Assembly (NCBI GenBank): GCA_020891255.1
Contig: BQFW01000001.1
Span: forward strand, 2,108,001 to 2,172,000
Length of the DNA: 64,000 nt
Direction of reading: 5' to 3'
From: Entomortierella parvispora E1425
Lineage: Eukaryota; Fungi; Mortierellomycota
Part shown: in pieces, positions 57,163 through 64,000 of the stretch
Layout: every line of letters starts with the position of its first letter
Numbering within the stretch: the first letter of the stretch is position 1
Notes under the pieces: model-generated
What the model saw: only the letters and a program-made list of their open reading frames with translations
The model's database searches: none
What the model was told of the DNA's origin: nothing
Program-made: the position numbers and the translations under genes

Positions 57163-60100
57163 ATGTCAGGGAGACCCATGCATAACCGCCAGTTGAGCAC
57201 TGGCGGCGGCACTATCCGTCGAGGAGGCACGCTCAGTCGCGGCAAGACCCTCTCTCGACCAGACCGTTTCCAGACACCCGAAACCATGTTCAAGAAGCGT
57301 ACAGAAGACGAGCCAGCCTCCTGCTGGGTGATTTGTTCTCGGATCACGACCTGCTGGGCCCTGCCCCCCTTCATGAGGATGTGTGGACTCGCTGATAAGC
57401 AGGTGCAACAAGCCTGGAGGGAGAAGTTCACATTGTGTTTCATCATCCTCTTGATTGGAGGCATGGTTGCTTTCTTGATAGTCGGTTTCTCATTGTTGCT
57501 CTGTCCAAAAGACCAGAGACAGGGAGCCCAGACATATGTGCGCTATGGTGACGGACAGGCCCAAGGTACCGTATAATGAGGCTGCAACTGCACTCCTGCC
57601 TTTTTTCTTTCTTGTTCTTTTTCTGTCATCTCTCTATATCTATCTCTTGCAGTGTTTGAATCGTACCAACAATAGGAGGGGGTGGATCTGCCACCGTGTT
57701 TTGTTTTCCCCTTTGGTTCACTATCTTTCTTGTTTCCACCTTGTTGTTTCCCCCTGGGTTTGAGTGAATAAGAGAGGGCTGAGGGTTGTTGTTGACGTTA
57801 TTGCTGGTGTTTGGATGACCCTTCGCAACCGGGAAGAAAAGTGGACAGCGGGCCATTTTAATTTCAGGCTTGGTGCCACAGAATCGACGCTACAAAACAA
57901 CAAGCATGGACAAAAATATCTTGTATCCTAAGGCTGGCTGGGGGCACAAATCACAAGGAAGGAAGAGGGAGAGAGAGAGGCAAGCACTGTCCTCTCTGTC
58001 GTGGGCTTGGGGTGAAAAAATGGGCACATTCCCGAGCAAAGCCAGCAAAGCCAGCAAAGCCAACACAGCCTCACCAATCCACCGCGGGGAAAAGACTCTT
58101 TTTCATCTGAGTGTCCAGAAACACGGGTCGCGCGACTTTCAAAGAGAGAAGATGGGTCCTTCGGCATTAACGACCTTGGGCTGGCTAAGATCTCAGTCAA
58201 GTGTGGCGCGGGGACATCACCATCGCATACATCCGCATTCGGATCCAAAGTCCGAAATTAGCTTCAACACCGCCAGCACTGCATTCGCCCGATGCCTATC
58301 TGTCTTGGGCCTCACGATGACGAGGGTGGAAATGACGGATATGAGCGGTGGTTTGAGGAGGGGAGTGTGCGCGCAACGCTATGCAAAGAAGCGATATGGG
58401 GCTCTACATACTCTACTACCAGAGAGCATCCATCACTGCACCCTTCATTTTACTAATCAATTCTCGACAATGTACCTGCATCCGCATTTAGGTCAATATG
58501 GTATCGAGGGCAATATTTATGACTTTACAAACGGCGCCCTGTATCCTCCTGGCTTTCATATGGACGATCTTACGCCCGCTCAGGACATCAGTAACCTGTT
58601 CATCCATGGAAGAAACGCCCCTAATTGCGCCAACCTCAACAATGCAGCTGCAACGTTCGACAACTGTCTCGCACCGGGTGGTTGCCCCGCTAATATTACC
58701 CCTACTGCAGACAACCTTCGCAACAAATATAACCTCACGCCCCTTGGTCAGAAGGCAGGATATGATTGGAACCAGTTGGCAATGCCTGAGCTTCTCAACT
58801 ACATCGTCATTGACGGCAATGTTCTCAACCTCGACAAGTATTTCGCTGTGCACAAGAACCCGGTTCCAGGAGACGAGGTCGATGCAGTGCTCCGTCAGGT
58901 CCGGGATTCGGGCATGCCCGAGGGAGGTCGTGACGCCACAAAAATGTTCTTTAGACGCGAGTCTCTGAAGAACTCTGCATCCTGTCTGGTCCAAAAGTTC
59001 GGTGCGGGATTCATTGACAAGGCAACCCCAGGATGTTTCGCCTCGGACCTCTTTATGTTTGTGTCGCTGACGGTCGTCCTTGGAATTGTCATGTCGCGCT
59101 TTGCGATGGCCATCATCTTTGACTGGTTCTTGTCTGCCAGGCTCGCAAAACCTCCACCAAAGTCCAAGGTCCACAACATGGCCTCTGCAAACTCTTCGGG
59201 AACAACTATCGTGGCGCCTACCTCTGGAAAGGCAATGGGTCGCGTGGCTTCTGGAGCAAGCGTCAGTGGAGCGAACGTGCAAGAGTTGCATGCGGTTTTA
59301 TTGGTGACATGTTACTCTGAAGGAGAGTCCTCTCTCCGGACGACAATCGAGTCTTTGGCGGCTACAGAATACCCAGACAACAAGAAGCTTCTGTTTATTA
59401 TTTGCGATGGTATCATCACTGGATCTGGAAACGACCGTTCGACCCCCGAGATTTGCTCAAGTCTGATGGAGCTCGATCCCGCGTTCGATTCGGACCCGAC
59501 CCCTCAGTCTTACATTGCTGTCGCCGCAGGATCCAAACAGCACAACCGCGCCAAAGTCTATGCAGGATACTTCCGCTGGAAGAACCGCAGAGTGCCCACG
59601 GTTTTGATTGTCAAGTGCGGAAACGAAGAAGAACACGACAAGCCCAAGGCAGGAAACCGTGGCAAGCGCGACTCACAGCTGATCCTAATGAACTTTTTCT
59701 CGAGAGTGACCTACAACGACAGAATGACGCCTCTGGACTATGAGCTGTTCCGAAAGATCCAACATCTGATGCAAGTGACCCCGGATAAATTTGAGATTGT
59801 GCTCATGGTGGATGCCGATACAAAGGTGTACCCAAGCTCTGTACGCCTGTTGATGAACTGCATGAACAACGATCCTCTCATCATGGGACTCTGTGGTGAA
59901 ACCAAGATTGCAAACAAGCGCCAGTCCTGGGTCACGGCCATCCAAGTCTTTGAGTACTATATCTCCCATCATCTCGGAAAGGGATTCGAGTCGGTCTTTG
60001 GAGGTGTTACCTGTTTGCCCGGATGCTTCTGCATGTACCGCCTCAAGGCCCGCAAGGGCGATGACTGGGTCCCCATTATCACCAAGCCCGAAATTGTCCA

Positions 60101-61349
60101 GGAATATTCGCAAAATATTGTCGAGACCTTGCATCAAAAGAACCTGTTGCTTTTGGGTGAGGATCGATTCTTGACCACACTCATGCTCCGCAACTTCCCC
60201 AACCGCAAGATGATGTTCATGCCCCAGGCGATCTGCAAGACTGTGGTTCCAGATGAGTTTAGTGTGTTGCTCTCTCAGAGACGTCGTTGGATCAATTCGA
60301 CCATCCACAACTTGCTCGAGTTGGTCTTGGTCCGTAACCTCTGCGGTACTTTCTGCTTTTCGATGCAGTTTGTCATTTTGATGGAGTTGATCGGTACCGT
60401 GGTTCTGCCCATTGCTATGATCTTGTCTGTGGTCCTTATCGTGAACATCTCCCTCCTGCCATCGATTTCCACTTTGGCTCAAGCGGCGCCTCTGATCCTC
60501 TTGGTCTTTGTGCTGACTATGCCCGCCATCCTGATCCTGCTCACGACGCGAAAGCTGATCTACGTGGCTTGGATGGTCGTATACCTGTGCGCTCTGCCAG
60601 TCTGGAACTTTATCTTGCCCCTGTATGCTTACTGGCATTTCGATGACTTTTCCTGGGGAGAGACCCGTAAGGTCGCGGGAGAAGCCAAGGGAGATGCACA
60701 CGGCAATGCTGATGGCATGTTTGAATCCTCCAAGGTTCCATTGAAGCGCTGGGACGATTACGAGAAGGCGCGCGTGCGTCAGGCCAAGCGAATTGAACGT
60801 GCGGAGCGACAGAGGATTCATGGATCGCCTTATCTACGAGGCTCCCCCAGCATCTACACCGATGCTGGCGATTCGAAATCGGAATTGACCTTGGGTGAAT
60901 TGGGACCTCAGCAATACCATTACGACTACCATGGTCGTCAGGTGTTGAGTCCTCCTTTGGCTGGCAACTCGCCACGAGCCATGATGCAAGGGCCTCCTGG
61001 ATCTGGAGGTCCTCTTCCCCAACGCCAGCCCTCGCAGAACCAGATGAACCACCACATGAGCCAGCAGTGGAGTGGACCAATTCCAGGCAACATGCGTTCA
61101 CCCATGCCTTCTCCTGGGTGGATGCCCCATCAGCAACAGCAGCAACATCCATCTCAGTTCCAGCAGCAAGGACCCCCTCCTCCCCCTTCGACTACAGGCC
61201 AGCCCGGATTCTCAGGACCTATTGGATCTATGGCGCAAGGGCCTCTTTCTCCCACAATGTCTCACGCCTCCCAACCCCCTGTCAACGCTGGAGGCATGCG
61301 AAGAAACCGACCTGATGAAGAAGATCCATTGAACAGCGGATTCCCTTAA
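57163..61349 (+). CDS. Class IV (division 2, no myosin motor) chitin synthase, 1086 aa. Exons 57163-57565, 58492-61349
   Basis: QAWREKFTLC N-terminal TM block, LLVTCYSEG, GNRGKRDSQ, MVDADT, QVFEYYISHH, GGVTCLPGCFCMYR, LLLGEDRFLTTLML, SQRRRWINST, WHFDDFSWGETR. Confidence 0.96.
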
Positions 61350-63294
61350 TTATTTTCCCCCCACTCCGTATATCTTCATCTGTCTAGATATTTAGATCCC
61401 TTATCTCTTGTTCATGTACATTATCTATCCATCCTATCCACTCTTTAATCATCATAAAAAAAATAACCTGTTCTTTCAAAAGAAAAACTCAACTCAGAGA
61501 TGAGAAAGCAGTTGGTTCAAAGCAGAGCAAATTGGCGCAAGCTCATGCAATATGGAACACCTTTTTGACCGAAAAAAGCTTTGCAGGCTCAAAGAAATAC
61601 AAAAGGGATAAAAATACGCGGCCTTTGGTGGGACGCGAGGGGATTGGTTCGGTCCTCCACACGGGCGAAAGGGAAGAAGAGGGTTGAAAATCAATAGGCA
61701 CTCTGGGTATCATCCGATCGCTGCAGAAATGATCCGACTCTCTTTTTTTTTTCTTGCTTTGATGATCCAAAACATCTCCAGGCTTGCTGGGCCAAAATAA
61801 TAAAAGGACGAAGCATGCACGCAAAAGAAAAAAAAAAGCAGCCGAAAGATGTCGTATTGGAGACGCGACTTTTTGACACCATATTTCTTAGATCGTTTTC
61901 ATGTTTAAAGAGAGCGAGAGCGACTCGTTTCTTTTCTTTTTTTTTTTTGCCAGGGAGACCGCATTTCTCTATTTTTCCTGCTAGTGTGGATCGTTGGGTG
62001 CGGCTATTGTGGTGTATAGTATAGTTCACATGGAAATAGGCCCTGGAGAGGGGGGAGCGAGAGGAGAGAGGGAGATCAAAGTGCCAACTGGGCACTAATC
62101 CTGGACCACGGACGGAGCAAAAGCAAAGTCAAAAAAGAGCATGGACGAGAGCAATGCAGGTTGAGAGCTTGCGGACGATAATAATAAGATGAAATTGAAT
62201 CTTGGACGACATATCGTTCTGAACAGAAAGAAGAGAGCATTGACAAACCCATCGGTTTGCAGAGGCGATCAGTACGTGAAGCAATCAGGGGGGGAGAGCC
62301 AGGCAGGGGAGAAGGAGGTGAGGTCTGCCGTTCTCGAGGCACCGACGGACGGACAGACAGACAGACAGACAGAGAAGTACACCGGCAGAATGAGAACAAA
62401 AAGGACGGCACCCACGGCGATCGTGTGCCCAGGGGCAAACAACCTTGTGTGCTGTGTGCGGATCAGCAGTGGTAGTGAGTAACAAGAACGGACGCCTCTT
62501 TTATGTTGTTCCTGAATCTGCCTGCCTTCTTCTGCCTTCATCATCTCATCCTTCATCCCTCATCCCTTCTTCCGACCCCACATTCCTCATTCGCCCTTCC
62601 CTTCCCGCCCCTCTCTCCCTCCTCTCCTTCTTCTTCTTCTTCTTCGTCTTCGTCTTTGTCTCCATCACTGCTCATTGCCCATTCTGCATTCCTCACGACA
62701 GACAGACAGACACGCTTCTCCGTTCTCCTTGCTCTTTCTTTTTTCCTTTTAATTCCTGGTTTTACCCTTCTTGCGCTGGACGTTTGAACTAGACCAAGGC
62801 AGAGGACGACTGTAGGTGAATTGGCAATAGTTTATATGCTTTAACCAAGGCACGCGGGAGTGTCTGCAGATAAAGTAAAAGGACAGGGCAGACGCCTGTC
62901 CCATTTCCCACATACCTCGTCCCCCCTCCCCCAAAGCAGACCTGCAATAGCCAACAAAAGACTGAAACCATGCCCGTCGATGAAGACAAAAGGACAAGGA
63001 ATGAGCGCGCGCGCGAGATGATGTGCAAAGTCCAGGGACAGGAATCGCCTCTTTTTCCTGGCTGAACTCGATGAACTCAACAGAGAACTCTCTTCTCTCT
63101 TTCTCACTCTCTTTCTTACTCTCTTCCTCTCTCTCTCTTTTCTCTCCTCTCTCTCTCTTTTCTCTCCTCTCCCTCTCTGATCAACCCTGTTCATCATTCT
63201 TTTCTCCCATTCTGTTGTCTAGACTCCATTCTCCACACGTTACACACAACCCCTCTTTCGCCCACACCCACACCGGCTGAGTGTCACCAAACAA

Positions 63295-64000
63295 ATGGCC
63301 AGCGCACAATACCAGCAGCAGCGCCAGCAGGACCGGTACAACGCCAGCTCGCAGCAGCAACAATCCTACACGCTCTACCCGGATCCACCTCCTCAATCCC
63401 ACCCGCCTCGGTCTAATCATCACCATCAGCAGCAGCAGCAATCGTCGTCGTCGCAGCAAAGGTCGTACGCCGATCTGACTCCTCAGACCTCGTTCTCGTC
63501 CTCTTCCTCGAAGCAGCAGCAGCAGCAACATAATAACCACCACCCTGTTCACTCGCCAGCACCCTCTCGCGGGAACAGTGGCAGTAATGGCATCCACCAC
63601 AGCGGCAGCAATGGCAGCAGTGGCAGTGGCGCATCTGCCCGGCCAAAGGTCAGTCAGCTTAGCTACCTGACTGGCTCAAATAGCGGCGGTCCACCTTCAC
63701 CTATCTCACCCTCGAGTCCTCGCCCGATCGATGCCATAACTTCGCATTTGAACTTGACCCATTTGGACGAGCCACTTCAAGACCGCATTGTCATAGGATC
63801 TGCAGCAGCTATCGGAGCCAACGACGGCTACGATCAAAAACAGTACCAGCAGCCCCGACGAAAGACCCCAACCCCTGGTCACCAGCAGCAGCGTCACCAG
63901 CAATTGCAGGAGAACGAGAGCTACGGTTCGGGCGTGATGAAGCACACGGGCTCGACGGGTTCGACCCGGTCCAATGGCTCCCAGGGCTCCCAGGGCTATC
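63295..64000 (+). CDS. 5' part of a gene with a Q/S/H/P-rich disordered N-terminus (runs off the window)
   Basis: ACAAATG start after a CT-rich leader. The frame is open for 235 codons to the window end (MASAQYQQQRQQDRYNASSQQQQSYTLYPDPPPQSHPP...). It is absent from the ORF track because it has no stop codon. Confidence 0.8.
   Translation, partial: MASAQYQQQRQQDRYNASSQQQQSYTLYPDPPPQSHPPRSNHHHQQQQQSSSSQQRSYADLTPQTSFSSSSSKQQQQQHNNHHPVHSPAPSRGNSGSNGIHHSGSNGSSGSGASARPKVSQLSYLTGSNSGGPPSPISPSSPRPIDAITSHLNLTHLDEPLQDRIVIGSAAAIGANDGYDQKQYQQPRRKTPTPGHQQQRHQQLQENESYGSGVMKHTGSTGSTRSNGSQGSQGY

Noticed and set aside
3122-61349. A cell-wall-stress cluster (MID1, MSB2, chitin synthase, surface proteins)
   Set aside because: Spread over ~58 kb among unrelated housekeeping genes, and such genes are common enough for chance co-occurrence.
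63955-63972. GGTTCGACCC resembling a tRNA T-loop
   Set aside because: No acceptor, D or anticodon arms, and it lies inside an open coding frame. No tRNA or rRNA was found anywhere in the window.

Overview
Eukaryotic, intron-rich fungal genomic DNA with about 23 protein-coding genes. Gene content and intron style suggest an early-diverging fungus, probably Mortierellaceae/Mucoromycota (inference). I found no tRNA, rRNA, CRISPR array or recognisable transposon. I rebuilt exon structures by hand from GT(GC)-AG sites, CT(A/G)AC-type branch points and frame continuity. Recognisable genes, in order: CZIB (partial), MUTYH, MID1, a GTPase-less Grn1/GNL3 N-terminal protein, NEM1, a two-RRM SR protein, MSP1, BPL1, MSB2, PAH1 (lipin), SDH4, MPP-beta, a PPR protein, CHTOP, CCDC25 and a class IV chitin synthase. 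The most unusual items are: (1) a 1215-aa bromodomain + unknown domain + protein kinase fusion whose beta3 Lys is replaced by Gln, with a Lys at the WNK-type position in the Gly-rich loop; (2) a secreted protein built from four 46-aa Q/S/V/P repeats; (3) a Q/N prion-like + coiled-coil + GIL1/MIEAP-like protein; (4) a CHTOP gene with an in-frame GC-AG intron splitting its conserved N-terminal motif; (5) PAH1 flanked by two PPxY membrane adaptors, in the same window as its activating phosphatase NEM1 and BPL1.
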